The notes: a model not told the origin generated them from the letters alone. A stretch of DNA of 64,000 nucleotides from Patescibacteria group bacterium (GCA_040389125.1 JAZKAN010000001.1:178737-242736), one strand, 5' to 3'; positions 28,374 to 37,901 are shown, counted from the stretch's first letter. Translations and numbers: made by a program.

Positions 28374-28667
28374 ATGTTGAATCTAAAGGATGCAAAGCGA
28401 GAACTCGATTTAAGACAGATTCAGGCGCACAACATGCCCATCGAAACAAAAATTGGGTTGGTTACAAAACCAATTTCCGACGGAGAAGGAGTTGACCTCT
28501 TTAATCTGCGGGAAGTGGTATTATATACACCTGAGTCCCTGATAACGTGTCTTGTAGAGGCTCCGTTGACTCAAAAGGAGACTCGCGAGCAACAGGAAGG
28601 AAAAAGTGTTCACCGTCGAAAATGTACTGGGGTTTCCCTCCAGCATGTGGAGGAAGTCCAGATTTGA
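28374..28667 (+). CDS. hypothetical protein
   Basis: RBS GGGAGA 7 nt upstream of the ATG. 97 aa with no known domain, followed by hairpins. Confidence 0.4.
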   Translation: MLNLKDAKRELDLRQIQAHNMPIETKIGLVTKPISDGEGVDLFNLREVVLYTPESLITCLVEAPLTQKETREQQEGKSVHRRKCTGVSLQHVEEVQI

Positions 28668-28675
28668 ACTTATAA

Positions 28676-28701
28676 GTGCCGCGACCTCTAGGTCGCGGCA
28701 C
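28676..28701. terminator. hairpin, probable terminator shared by convergent genes
   Basis: gtgccgcgacc-tcta-ggtcgcggcac. A second hairpin (ccctccagcatgtggagg) sits just upstream. Confidence 0.4.
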
Positions 28702-28718
28702 TTCACATTATACTATGG

Positions 28719-29123
28719 TTATTTATCCTCTGTATTTTCCTCTAAATCAAGACACACAGAGTTGAGACAAAACCGTTTGCCGGTTTTGGTAGGACCATCA
28801 TTGAATACATGACCGAGATGAGAGTCGCATCTACTACACAGGATCTCTGTTCGCACTACCCCAGCAGTGTCATCCATGCTAAATTTCACTGCACCAGGTA
28901 GAGCCTCGTCAAAACTTGGCCAGCCAGTTCCAGAATCGAATTTTGCTTTAGATGAAAACAGGAGGTTACCACATGCAACACATGTGTACATACCGTCTGC
29001 CTCCTCGTGCACGTATTTGCCTGTAAATGGTGCTTCCGTTCCCTTGTCCCGCAATATTGCATACTGTTCAGGAGTCAGATTTTTCTTCCATTCGTCCTCA
29101 TTTTTTGGTATATCTTTGTCCAT
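28719..29123 (-). CDS. msrB: peptide-methionine (R)-S-oxide reductase
   Basis: CxxC...CxxC zinc motifs and catalytic RCDSHLGHVFNDGP. No signal peptide. Confidence 0.9.
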   Translation of the reverse strand: MDKDIPKNEDEWKKNLTPEQYAILRDKGTEAPFTGKYVHEEADGMYTCVACGNLLFSSKAKFDSGTGWPSFDEALPGAVKFSMDDTAGVVRTEILCSRCDSHLGHVFNDGPTKTGKRFCLNSVCLDLEENTEDK

Positions 29124-29157
29124 ATGTTTTTGTTTATAAAAATTTTAAAATTTCTCA

Positions 29158-29715
29158 TTATTTTTTTAATAATTCTGCAAAATTTTTCTGAACTTTTTCC
29201 AGTTTTGGATTGATAACCAGCTCGCAGTATGCAGCATCCTTGTTCCGTGCATAGTAGTCTGCATGGTAGTTTTCTGCAACATAAAATGTCATGAGTGGTT
29301 CAACCTCTGTCACAATTGGTTTTCCATCTGAATTTGAAGCATTTATATCCGCAATAAATTTCTCTGCTTTTTGTTTTTGGGTTTCAACTGTATAAAATAT
29401 AACGGATCGGTATTGAGTTCCAATATCATTACCCTGACGATTGCGAGTGGTGGGATCATGCGATCCAAAAAATACAGTCAATAAGTCTATGTAGTCTATC
29501 TCGGATGGATTAAATTCTATACGAATACACTCTGCATGTCCCGTAGTACCACTACACACCTGATCATATGTCGGATTAACTGTTGTGCCACCTGCATATC
29601 CAGGCAACACCGATTCTACCCCCTTGAGCATTTTGAAAACTGCCTCCGTGCACCAGAAACATCCCCCACCGAACACTGCGATTTCATTTTTTGAGTCTGT
29701 CATGAGTAAATACAA
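29158..29715 (-). CDS. msrA: peptide-methionine (S)-S-oxide reductase
   Basis: GGGCFWC active-site motif. No signal peptide. Confidence 0.9.
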   Translation of the reverse strand: MYLLMTDSKNEIAVFGGGCFWCTEAVFKMLKGVESVLPGYAGGTTVNPTYDQVCSGTTGHAECIRIEFNPSEIDYIDLLTVFFGSHDPTTRNRQGNDIGTQYRSVIFYTVETQKQKAEKFIADINASNSDGKPIVTEVEPLMTFYVAENYHADYYARNKDAAYCELVINPKLEKVQKNFAELLKK

Positions 29716-29785
29716 TTATACCTCACAAATACAACTAAAACGAATCAAATTGCCTCAGATGCTAGGCCTGTAAGATTTTGAGAGT

Positions 29786-29844
29786 GAGCCGTACTTAGTG
29801 GTACGGTGAATGATCAAAATTGAAACACAACAACGCAGATGAGG
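29786..29844 (+). repeat. GUAC-hairpin element (family B/C) copy
   Basis: GAGCCGTAC-TTAGTG-GTACGGTGA...AACGCAGATGAGG, located between the FNR-like stop and the msrA start. Confidence 0.8.
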
Positions 29845-29858
29845 TAATTTTATTCGTT

Positions 29859-31370
29859 TTAGGCAAAACCTGGGAAAAAGTCGATCTTGATATGCTTAAC
29901 TCCCATTTGTTTTAATGTTTTTTCAAACATAGCGACCATACTATGCGGCCCTGATATATAAAATTGTCGTTCTGCAAAATCTGGAATTTCCGCACGTATC
30001 ATGTCTGCAGTAATAAATCCCTTGCGAAATGAGGGCGGAAGTTCACTCGGCACATCGTCAGTAACTGCATATACCGTGCGAATATCGAGCGTCTCCTCTG
30101 CTATATCAAATATATCTTTGTATGCAATATCCTGCATCGTGCGATTTGAATACAGCATGACCACATCACGTTTTTCTTTCATATCAATCATGTATTTGAC
30201 CATGCTACGAAACGGTGTGACTCCGATACCACCTGCAATGAAAACTAGTTTCTGTGTTGTATCATGTGGCAATGTGAAATTTCCGGCGAGTTGTGATGCT
30301 ATGATAGTGCCTCCTGTTGGAATCTGTCCGAGTGCTAGTTTGAAACTACTCGACTGTTCGTAAAATTTGATACCGAGACGAATATCACTTTCTGTCGGGG
30401 ATGATGATAGAGTAAAATATCTACGGTTACCGCGCGTATCCATATTGTCGTGACCAAGTGTCCACTCCATGTATTGTCCAGGTCTATACGGAAAACGTTT
30501 TTCTAATGTAAACACAAATTCATCTGTATCTTTTGCTATTTCCTTTTTATCTTTTAGAGTCAAAATCGTTCTAATCTTTGGGCTGACTATATACGAAAAA
30601 ATATTTCCAAGAATAAGTGCAAGTTGTGGTGTTGAATACACTGATCCAATATGAAACTGGAGTCCAAAAAGTACACCAACAATACCACCATATACCACCT
30701 GTAAATTCAGTGATGGAGGAGTGGTGAGAGGTTCAGTAAGCATGACTGCGCCGAAAAAGACAATTGGTCCTGAGAACAGAATACTATTTAGAATTTCTAA
30801 AACTGGTATTCCGTATGTAAGACCGGTAATAGTAGAAACAATAATCGCTGGGATAAAGAAACTAAAAAAAAGTGTGAATCTGCGAGTTTTGCGAAGTGTG
30901 AGAAGTCCCAACACAGTGACAACTGGAAGCAGAACGCTACTACCAACCCACCATGAAAATCCAGTTACACCAAATATTCCCAGGAGAACAATACTAATCG
31001 CAACAGGATTAAAAATATGTTTCCGGTTAATATTAAAAATATATTTTGAACCCATCGCGAGCACCCCAACAACTATGTATAACAAAATATCCGAGTATGT
31101 AGTGAGTGGTGTCAATATAAAAAACAAAATAATGCCCGTAATCCACTCTGACTCAGCATTGCGTGGCACACCGAGAAATAATGCAAAGAGTTTGTTTGAT
31201 AAGTAACACACTGCGAAAATCAAAACGAGAGAATACAGGAGGTGTAAACCACTAAATGTGAGTATACCAAGAAATCCAAAAACGATTGAAATCAGTGCAA
31301 GAATACAGAGGCTATAGAGAGCAACTCTATACATAGTAATCTTATTTAAAAAGGTATCTATTGGATTCAT
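29859..31370 (-). CDS. polytopic membrane protein fused to an FNR-like FAD/NAD(P)-binding oxidoreductase domain
   Basis: About 8 TM helices in the N-terminus. The C-terminus has RRYFTLSS (RxY[ST] FAD motif) and LVFIAGGIGVTPFRSM (NAD-binding GGxGxxP). No His set for heme. Confidence 0.75.
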   Translation of the reverse strand: MNPIDTFLNKITMYRVALYSLCILALISIVFGFLGILTFSGLHLLYSLVLIFAVCYLSNKLFALFLGVPRNAESEWITGIILFFILTPLTTYSDILLYIVVGVLAMGSKYIFNINRKHIFNPVAISIVLLGIFGVTGFSWWVGSSVLLPVVTVLGLLTLRKTRRFTLFFSFFIPAIIVSTITGLTYGIPVLEILNSILFSGPIVFFGAVMLTEPLTTPPSLNLQVVYGGIVGVLFGLQFHIGSVYSTPQLALILGNIFSYIVSPKIRTILTLKDKKEIAKDTDEFVFTLEKRFPYRPGQYMEWTLGHDNMDTRGNRRYFTLSSSPTESDIRLGIKFYEQSSSFKLALGQIPTGGTIIASQLAGNFTLPHDTTQKLVFIAGGIGVTPFRSMVKYMIDMKEKRDVVMLYSNRTMQDIAYKDIFDIAEETLDIRTVYAVTDDVPSELPPSFRKGFITADMIRAEIPDFAERQFYISGPHSMVAMFEKTLKQMGVKHIKIDFFPGFA

Positions 31371-31382
31371 ATATATAGTATA

Positions 31383-32255
31383 TCACTCCTTTATAAATAC
31401 CTCTGCGACAAATCCTTCTGATTTTTCTATTGAATAGTCTGGGCGCAAAAGCAAATATTCAAAATTAAATTTCTGTTGCAATACAGATGCGGGGACAAAA
31501 AAAAGTGCAGTAGTAAGGAGATCAGCAAGAATAGTGCTGTCTGCCGTAACCCACACAGCAAGCATGTCATCTGGTGAGGAAAGGTTCTCGGGATGAATAA
31601 TATGATGAAATCTCCCCCATCGTCTACGATTGCCGGCGGATCCACAGAGACTTTGGTTTGAAATAACTACCACGCCCAGAACCTGACTCGGATCATCGGG
31701 ATGTTCCAGTCCGACACGGAGATTTTCTATAGTATGTCGGTGTCGCATGTCTCCGCTTGCATCCACACAATATTCCAGAATCCCATTTTGCTCTAGTAGT
31801 TCACTTATAATATCCACCAGATATCCCTTTCCTCCCGCTCCAAAATCAAGTAGTGCAGGTTGTTTCAAAACAAGTTTGGGATGTTCATATTCTAGTACAT
31901 CATCCCACTCCCGTGCACGTGACATTTCTTTCTCCACAAACGAATACTCTGCGTCGTATCCCGCATCCGACAAAACCTGTCCCACTAGCGGAGTCACCGC
32001 ACCTCCAGTTACTTCATACACAACACGATACAAGGACATCATGTGTTCTGCATCATCTGGAACAATGTACTCACCAGCAGTGTGAGACATGCGCGTGACT
32101 AGAGAGTCCTGTCTAAAACGAGAATAGGCGAGATCAAAAATCTCAATGCGACTTTTTATTTTTTGCAATACAGATTCTTCCTCGTCTTGAGTAATCTGGG
32201 TATACACATCTATACGCCAATGTGTACCAATAGCTTCAAACTCAAATGTAGTCAT
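31383..32255 (-). CDS. apbE: FAD:protein FMN transferase (ApbE family)
   Basis: DFGAGGKGYLVD and SGD motifs, with ApbE-length collinearity. Confidence 0.85.
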   Translation of the reverse strand: MTTFEFEAIGTHWRIDVYTQITQDEEESVLQKIKSRIEIFDLAYSRFRQDSLVTRMSHTAGEYIVPDDAEHMMSLYRVVYEVTGGAVTPLVGQVLSDAGYDAEYSFVEKEMSRAREWDDVLEYEHPKLVLKQPALLDFGAGGKGYLVDIISELLEQNGILEYCVDASGDMRHRHTIENLRVGLEHPDDPSQVLGVVVISNQSLCGSAGNRRRWGRFHHIIHPENLSSPDDMLAVWVTADSTILADLLTTALFFVPASVLQQKFNFEYLLLRPDYSIEKSEGFVAEVFIKE

Positions 32256-32264
32256 ACAAAAAAA

Positions 32265-32750
32265 TTATGCTTGTGCCTGTATTTCTATCTTAGAAATTGC
32301 ATCATTCCAACCTCGTGGAGTGAGAGATGATCCTGAAACTTTAGTGAGTTGTACATCTGTGATTTTCTTGCCGATTACGTACTGTTTGAAACCTGAAGTA
32401 AATTTTGTTTGGAATTCCTGTGATTCCCGAACTACTGCCTGCGGAGTAACAGTAGCGGCTGTGATTACTCCACCTTGGAGGGTTACATTAATTTTGATTG
32501 TTTCTGGACCAGCAGGAGAAATATATGCACCAGTCGCAGAATACGAACCATCCTTGAATTGTCCAGATGTGACAACAGTAGTATCGCCAGAATCAGTCGT
32601 TGTGGCATTTGGATTCACACTTTCTGAACCTGCTGATGTACCACTAGTAACAGGAATCTCGGTAGGTGCTGACGACTGCATATTTCGATACGCAACATAT
32701 CCGAAGAAAACAACTAACACCCCTACAGACAAAATTATTTTTTTATTCAT
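32265..32750 (-). CDS. FMN-binding domain protein (NqrC/RnfG-like), membrane-anchored
   Basis: TM anchor, then the FMN_bind pattern GQFKDGSYSATGAYISPAG...VTLQGGVITAATV. The flavinylation motif is non-canonical (SATGAY). Confidence 0.7.
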   Translation of the reverse strand: MNKKIILSVGVLVVFFGYVAYRNMQSSAPTEIPVTSGTSAGSESVNPNATTTDSGDTTVVTSGQFKDGSYSATGAYISPAGPETIKINVTLQGGVITAATVTPQAVVRESQEFQTKFTSGFKQYVIGKKITDVQLTKVSGSSLTPRGWNDAISKIEIQAQA

Positions 32751-32773
32751 ATCCTAATAGTATACAGATTTTT

Positions 32774-33127
32774 TTATTTTTTAAAAGATTTTTTATTTTT
32801 TATTGTAAATGCCTTGTCCAGCTGATCGGGCACAATGCCATGTTCCTGCAAAATTTGTTTCAAGGTTTTACCTGACTTTAATTCTTTTTTTACCATACCT
32901 CTGTCGAGACCGAGACTTGTTGCCAGTTTACCTACCTTTGCTGTGGAATTCCAACTATGCATGAGATGCATACCAGTTGGAGCCGATACCTGCTCTGTAG
33001 GCGACGAATAATCCTGAGTATCTGCATATGCGGTACCAGAACCCATCCACATCATACCCGCCAAAATACCACTACTTGCACCCAATAAAATACGCTTTTT
33101 AACCTTGTTATATCGTTTATATTTCAT
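32774..33127 (-). CDS. hypothetical secreted protein
   Basis: Signal peptide (ILLGASSGILAGMMWMGSGTAYA) and a basic C-terminus. Confidence 0.5.
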   Translation of the reverse strand: MKYKRYNKVKKRILLGASSGILAGMMWMGSGTAYADTQDYSSPTEQVSAPTGMHLMHSWNSTAKVGKLATSLGLDRGMVKKELKSGKTLKQILQEHGIVPDQLDKAFTIKNKKSFKK

Positions 33128-33190
33128 TATTTGATGTATTATTTTATAGTTTACTCACACTATTTGATACATCTTAATCATGAATTTATT

Positions 33191-33922
33191 TCATTGACTA
33201 TTAAACTTTTTTATTCCATATGCATGGATTTCTCCATTGACTATATCACCAGCCACGAAAACGTGATCTCCGATTGTAATAAATAAAGAAACCTGTGTTG
33301 AGGTGGGTGTAATAACTCGTATAAGACGGCTTTCCTCGTCAGTGTCTGGGTGCATCATGAACGTATTATCCTCTATTTCTCGTACCACCCCTTCAAATAC
33401 ACCTCTGTCTTCATGAGGATGGCGTAGCCCTGTATAGAAGCCACCTACAACAGGCAATGCGTTATGCTCTGCACGATTCATTATCCTGCCGTGGATAGGT
33501 GTGGCAGTATTTACGACATAACTGACAACTACAATACATATTGCCGTGCCAGCAAACAGAAATATTGTCGGACTATGATACCCAAACCGAAATCGCTTGA
33601 GAAGAAGGCCGAGTATTGTAACGAGCACAATATCAACCAAAAACACTACCCATGGAAACAGAACAATAAACACGAAAACTCCCCTCCAACCAAATCCCAG
33701 CAGAAACAGTCGCCCACTTATCGAGAGACTAAACAATGTGTAGCTAATCAGGAAAATCGAAGTAATCAAAATAAGAACCATAAGGAGAACAGAGATAATC
33801 ACGGAGAAAATAAAATAAATTTTTGGGCGCATTGAAACCTCCCCCGCCTCAATTTTTTCGAGAACTTTTTGTTTGAGATTTTCTTGTGTATGTGTGTCGT
33901 TCATATATTTAATGTAAATCAA
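33191..33922 (-). CDS. putative anti-sigma factor (polytopic membrane protein)
   Basis: Directly downstream of the ECF sigma gene and overlapping its 3' end (alternative start MNDTHTQ at 33904). Multiple TM helices. Confidence 0.5.
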   Translation of the reverse strand: MIYIKYMNDTHTQENLKQKVLEKIEAGEVSMRPKIYFIFSVIISVLLMVLILITSIFLISYTLFSLSISGRLFLLGFGWRGVFVFIVLFPWVVFLVDIVLVTILGLLLKRFRFGYHSPTIFLFAGTAICIVVVSYVVNTATPIHGRIMNRAEHNALPVVGGFYTGLRHPHEDRGVFEGVVREIEDNTFMMHPDTDEESRLIRVITPTSTQVSLFITIGDHVFVAGDIVNGEIHAYGIKKFNSQ

Positions 33923-34484
33923 TCTTTAGATCAGCATACGATTTGCGGAGAGCGGCTTTAGCCCGACTGAGCCGGATTCCTACCGTTCCTATTGGTATCC
34001 GCAAAATGTCCGATATTTCCTGATAACTGAATTCCTCGAGATAATACAACACGAGGATTTCTCGGTAATTCGGCGACAGTTTCTCGAGTCCTGCGTCCAC
34101 AATTTTTCTCATTTCTTTTTGCTCTCTCTCTTTTACAATCGGATCGTCCACCACTGTGTGAGATATAAGCGTATCAAAATCAAACATATAGAGTGGCGAA
34201 CGAGATTGTTTCTTGAGTGCATTCACGTATGTGTTGTGTGCGATACGGTAGATCCACGATGAGAATTTCTGTTTGGTGTCAAAACTCTGGATATTTTGAT
34301 ATGTTTTTATAAACACCTCTTGTACCACATCTTCTATATTGTCTTGATTTGAGAGAAATTTATTGCCATATCGAAAGAGCTTTCGCTCGTAGCGTTCCAT
34401 CAGTATCCCAAACTGTTCCTTGTCTCCATGTTGGACTAGAAGGGCCAGTTCCTCGTCGGTAAGCTCTACAGCGGGTATATTCAT
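33909..34484 (-). CDS. ECF-type RNA polymerase sigma factor (sigma-70 regions 2 and 4)
   Basis: Region 2 (FRYGNKFLSNQDNIEDVVQEVFIKTYQNIQSFD) and region 4 HTH (YREILVLYYLEEFSYQEISDILRIPIGTVGIRLSRAKAAL). Confidence 0.85.
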   Translation of the reverse strand: MNIPAVELTDEELALLVQHGDKEQFGILMERYERKLFRYGNKFLSNQDNIEDVVQEVFIKTYQNIQSFDTKQKFSSWIYRIAHNTYVNALKKQSRSPLYMFDFDTLISHTVVDDPIVKEREQKEMRKIVDAGLEKLSPNYREILVLYYLEEFSYQEISDILRIPIGTVGIRLSRAKAALRKSYADLKIDLH

Positions 34485-34553
34485 CTCTGTAACTATATAA
34501 TTAGTACACCTAGGAATCAACATTCTTTCATATGCAAAAGCTTTGAATATAAA

Positions 34554-36269
34554 TTATCCAAAAGTAAACGTAAAAGCATTCAGTCCCGCCTTGGGCACAT
34601 CAATTTCCAAAGTATGTTTGCCGTAGTCCTCTCCCTGGATCAGAGTGTAGAGTTGGTTGCCACTTATTGTTACAGTGTTCACTTTTTTGCCATCACGTAA
34701 AATTGTGATCGTCATGGGTATATCGCTACTTGCCACAAAATACACATTTTTTGCGTCATAATTAAAAAATATTTTTGTCTCGCCTTTTGATGTTGCATAC
34801 TCAGGAGAGATATTCCATACGCCATCCAGATACAGCAAGTTATCGTATCGCGAGTTTGGAATTGTAAATACCTGAGATCCATTTATTCCCTGCCTACCGT
34901 TTGCCAGGTACTCATTCCGACTGGATCCAAAATATGTTTCAGGACTCGCAATTTTTCTTGGATCAACCGAAACCACATTTGTGGGCTGTGCGATAGGTTC
35001 CGAAACGGGAGCGTTATTTAATTCTGAAAGTGCGGACTGGATTGCGAGTTCTGTTTCCTCGTACCCACCTTCGCCAATATGATCGTAAATAATCTCACCA
35101 CGACTATTTATCAGATATTTTCTCGGCCAATACTGATTTCCGTATGCATTCCATGTCGCGTAGTCGTTATCCATGACTACCGGATACTCGATACCAAACC
35201 GCTTGATCGCGTCTTCTACATTGGATTGCACTTTTTCAAATGCAAATTCCGGAGTATGTAGTCCGATCACCTCGAGTCCCATGTCTTTATATTTTTTGTA
35301 CCACTCCACAACATATGGCAATGTCCTCTGACAGTTGATACAGCTGTATGTCCAGACATCCAGCAGAATAACTTTTTTTCCCTTGAACTCGCCGATTGTG
35401 ATAGGTTTGCCATCTGTATTTATAAATCCACTAGGTTTTACTATTTCAGGAGCCTTGGGACCATGCGAGATATTTTTTGATGTAGTGCTCGATGTATTTG
35501 TATTTAAAAATCCAAGTTCGTTACTGTTATATACATTTGGCATTGTTTGTAATCCTAAAAGTTTTTGTTCTATACGAGTCACATCAAATATTCCATGTGC
35601 AAGGAGTGACGCCTCGATTTTTTTATCTACCCCAAACATAATTCCAATACCAAGAATAATGAATAGTAGCCCGAGACTTCGTTTGAATATGCCGTGACTA
35701 TCCGCAATTCCACCGAGACGCGCAATAATTTTCTGTCCTAAAAATGCCACAACAAGAAGCATCCCCGAAAGCCCAACTGCATAGGCTAGCAAATCAATCG
35801 TCCCCACCAGGAGTGACTGTGGCAATACAGTAGCCAAAATAACAAAATATGTTGGAGAGCATGTAGAGAACACTGGTCCTAGTGAGCCGCCTACAATAAT
35901 ATCTCCCCAGAAACTTTGTTTCTGATACCCCACTCCAAGTATTCTATTTGAGTCCACTGATAGTCGCGAAACAAATGGAATATTCTCCCATAACTCTGGA
36001 AAAAGGTTCACGAGTCCAAATAGTACAATAATGGATCCAGAAATAACTGCCCAGACTTCCGGTGGTATTGAAATAAAAAGTGTTGAGACTTTTAGAATAA
36101 ATGTAAAGACGATAACAGAAACACCAAGAGACAATGCAATTGTGATGGCTTTCTTTTTGTTTTTCTCACCCACTACTGAACTTCCAACAATAACTGGCAA
36201 AAGTGGTAATGTACACGGTGCGAGAATAGTGAGCACACCCGCAACAAACGAAAGTATGAAAAGTATCAT
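34554..36269 (-). CDS. CcdA/DsbD-type transmembrane thiol-disulfide transporter fused to a TlpA/ResA-like thioredoxin domain
   Basis: N-terminal CcdA core (LAPCTLPLLPV). Central thioredoxin fold with WTYSCINCQ (CxxC). About 170-aa C-terminal domain of unknown function. Confidence 0.85.
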   Translation of the reverse strand: MILFILSFVAGVLTILAPCTLPLLPVIVGSSVVGEKNKKKAITIALSLGVSVIVFTFILKVSTLFISIPPEVWAVISGSIIVLFGLVNLFPELWENIPFVSRLSVDSNRILGVGYQKQSFWGDIIVGGSLGPVFSTCSPTYFVILATVLPQSLLVGTIDLLAYAVGLSGMLLVVAFLGQKIIARLGGIADSHGIFKRSLGLLFIILGIGIMFGVDKKIEASLLAHGIFDVTRIEQKLLGLQTMPNVYNSNELGFLNTNTSSTTSKNISHGPKAPEIVKPSGFINTDGKPITIGEFKGKKVILLDVWTYSCINCQRTLPYVVEWYKKYKDMGLEVIGLHTPEFAFEKVQSNVEDAIKRFGIEYPVVMDNDYATWNAYGNQYWPRKYLINSRGEIIYDHIGEGGYEETELAIQSALSELNNAPVSEPIAQPTNVVSVDPRKIASPETYFGSSRNEYLANGRQGINGSQVFTIPNSRYDNLLYLDGVWNISPEYATSKGETKIFFNYDAKNVYFVASSDIPMTITILRDGKKVNTVTISGNQLYTLIQGEDYGKHTLEIDVPKAGLNAFTFTFG

Positions 36270-36322
36270 GAGTTGTATTATCGCACATTGGTTTTTTATG
36301 GTCTACCTTGTATACTTATTAT

Positions 36323-36538
36323 ATGGAACCAAACACATCAAATATTGAAGCGAGAATGCAACTTTTGGAGCAGAAAATTGACAGTATTTATATTTCTGTC
36401 GAGAAAACACGAAATTATTTTAAATGGTCAGCTATTATTACAGTCGTGTTATTTGTCTTGCCACTTATTGGAATACTATTTGTTGCACCTTCATTTATTT
36501 CCAACTATACGACCACACTCCAGGATTTGAGCCAATAA
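36323..36538 (+). CDS. hypothetical small membrane protein
   Basis: One TM helix (AIITVVLFVLPLIGILFVAP). No RBS. Confidence 0.3.
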   Translation: MEPNTSNIEARMQLLEQKIDSIYISVEKTRNYFKWSAIITVVLFVLPLIGILFVAPSFISNYTTTLQDLSQ

Positions 36539-36673
36539 TGATTCAGACAAAACAAAAAATGCAAAAACTTATTTACCGGAGCTTTTGTATTTATACATTC
36601 TTCATTTGTTTCAGATATACTGAAATAGTTCACAAATAGGAGTCATAGACAGAATTATCAGTATAAAAAAATC

Positions 36674-36943
36674 ATGAATACAATAACATTTCCATATACA
36701 AATCTACTAACGGTTTTTAAAAAAATACTCGTTTTCTTTGGAATTGAAGAGGATCAGGCACGGGAGAAAGAGGAGCTTTCAGGCGAACATGAGGAGGAGC
36801 GCAATGAACTAAATGAAAAGCACCAAGCAGAACGAGATGCAGAAAAAGAACGCCTCGCAAAAGAAGCCGATGAAGCAAAGGCAGAAAAAGAAGATGCTGA
36901 AAGACGAGAAAATGAGGCAACAGAAAAACAAAAAGAATTATAA
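36674..36943 (+). CDS. hypothetical charged coiled-coil protein
   Basis: 89 aa with a Glu/Lys-rich C-terminus, followed by a terminator. Confidence 0.35.
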   Translation: MNTITFPYTNLLTVFKKILVFFGIEEDQAREKEELSGEHEEERNELNEKHQAERDAEKERLAKEADEAKAEKEDAERRENEATEKQKEL

Positions 36944-36953
36944 ATGAATACGC

Positions 36954-36995
36954 AAATAGCACATCCAGTTTACTCGGGATGTGCTATTTGTTTTC
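36954..36995 (+). terminator. intrinsic terminator
   Basis: AAATAGCACATCC...GGGATGTGCTATTTGTTTT. Overlaps the EVE gene 3' end. Confidence 0.65.
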
Positions 36996-37445
36996 TGACA
37001 TTTTCAAAATAGTGTCAAAATGCCTTTTGAGTACCGGCTGTACAGACAATCTACTGCCCCGCTGGACCAGCATCATGTCATCCAAATCACGAGAAAATCT
37101 AATCTGTGGTAGTGTGACAGGATTCTTAAATTTACTGACAAATTTTATATCAACACACATCCACATTGGATTTTCGATGGTTGATTTTGGATCAAAATGA
37201 TCATTACTCGTATCGAGAGCCGTAGTGTCTGGGTGTGGCAGACTGGCAACCTCAGCAACTCCAACCACACTCGGTGGATTTCCACCCGAGTGATAAAACA
37301 ATACTGGATCACCTATTTTCATCGAGTCACGCATAAAATTCCGTGCCTGATAATTACGAATCCCAGTCCATGCTGTTTTCTTGTCTTTTTTCAGATCATC
37401 TATCGAATAGCAATCCGCTTCACTTTTTACGAGCCAGTAATTCAT
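36984..37445 (-). CDS. EVE (PUA-like) domain protein
   Basis: MNYWLVKSE...GIRNYQARNFMRDSMKIGDPVLFYHS EVE-domain signature. Confidence 0.8.
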   Translation of the reverse strand: MNYWLVKSEADCYSIDDLKKDKKTAWTGIRNYQARNFMRDSMKIGDPVLFYHSGGNPPSVVGVAEVASLPHPDTTALDTSNDHFDPKSTIENPMWMCVDIKFVSKFKNPVTLPQIRFSRDLDDMMLVQRGSRLSVQPVLKRHFDTILKMSENK

Positions 37446-37477
37446 ACCATTTTATTTTATCATATGATATTCAGTAA

Positions 37478-37747
37478 TTATTTTTTAGAAGGAAACGTAT
37501 ACCCTTCAGCAAGAAGGATCTGCCTTTTTCTTTCTACTCCGCCACGGTTGTATCCACCCATACCACCGTCCGAACGCACTACTCTGTGACACGGAATATC
37601 CGGAGCAAAGTTTGCTTTCATAATACTCCCTACTGCTCGCGAGGCACCTGGACTCCCCGCCTTTGTCGCGACCTGTTTGTATGTCAAAACTTTTCCCTTA
37701 GGAATCTTCCTCACAATATTTTTAACTTTTTGAGTGAAGGTAAACAT
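37478..37747 (-). CDS. methylated-DNA-protein-cysteine methyltransferase DNA-binding domain protein (MGMT/Ogt C-terminal domain only)
   Basis: PCHRVV active-site motif within a ~89-aa protein. HTH YKQVATKAGSPGASRAVG. Confidence 0.8.
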   Translation of the reverse strand: MFTFTQKVKNIVRKIPKGKVLTYKQVATKAGSPGASRAVGSIMKANFAPDIPCHRVVRSDGGMGGYNRGGVERKRQILLAEGYTFPSKK

Positions 37748-37827
37748 GTTCCATATTAATTAACTTATATTTGTTTTCTAGAACTGACGTAGATGGATGA
37801 AATCCGCGAAGGGAGAGGAAAATAATT

Positions 37828-37885
37828 GGAGACGTACACCGGTACGTTGAGAATTATTTTCTGAATTCCGACAAAGGAGTTCGCC
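37828..37885 (+). repeat. GUAC-hairpin element (family B/C) copy
   Basis: GGAGACGTACAC-CG-GTACGTTGAGAATTATTTTCTGAATTCCGACAAAGGAGTTCGCC. It is flanked by a 20-nt outer inverted repeat (tctagaactgacgtagatgg / ccatctactaagttctag, 37777-37901). Confidence 0.8.
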
Positions 37886-37901
37886 ATCTACTAAGTTCTA
37901 G

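Noticed and set aside
28621-28660. Apparent tRNA-like 3' end (GGTTCAAATCTGGACTTCCTCCA on the minus strand)
   Set aside because: No acceptor or D-arm partner sequences exist upstream. It is the reverse complement of a simple hairpin (CCTCCAGCATGTGGAGG) at the end of the 28374-28667 ORF.
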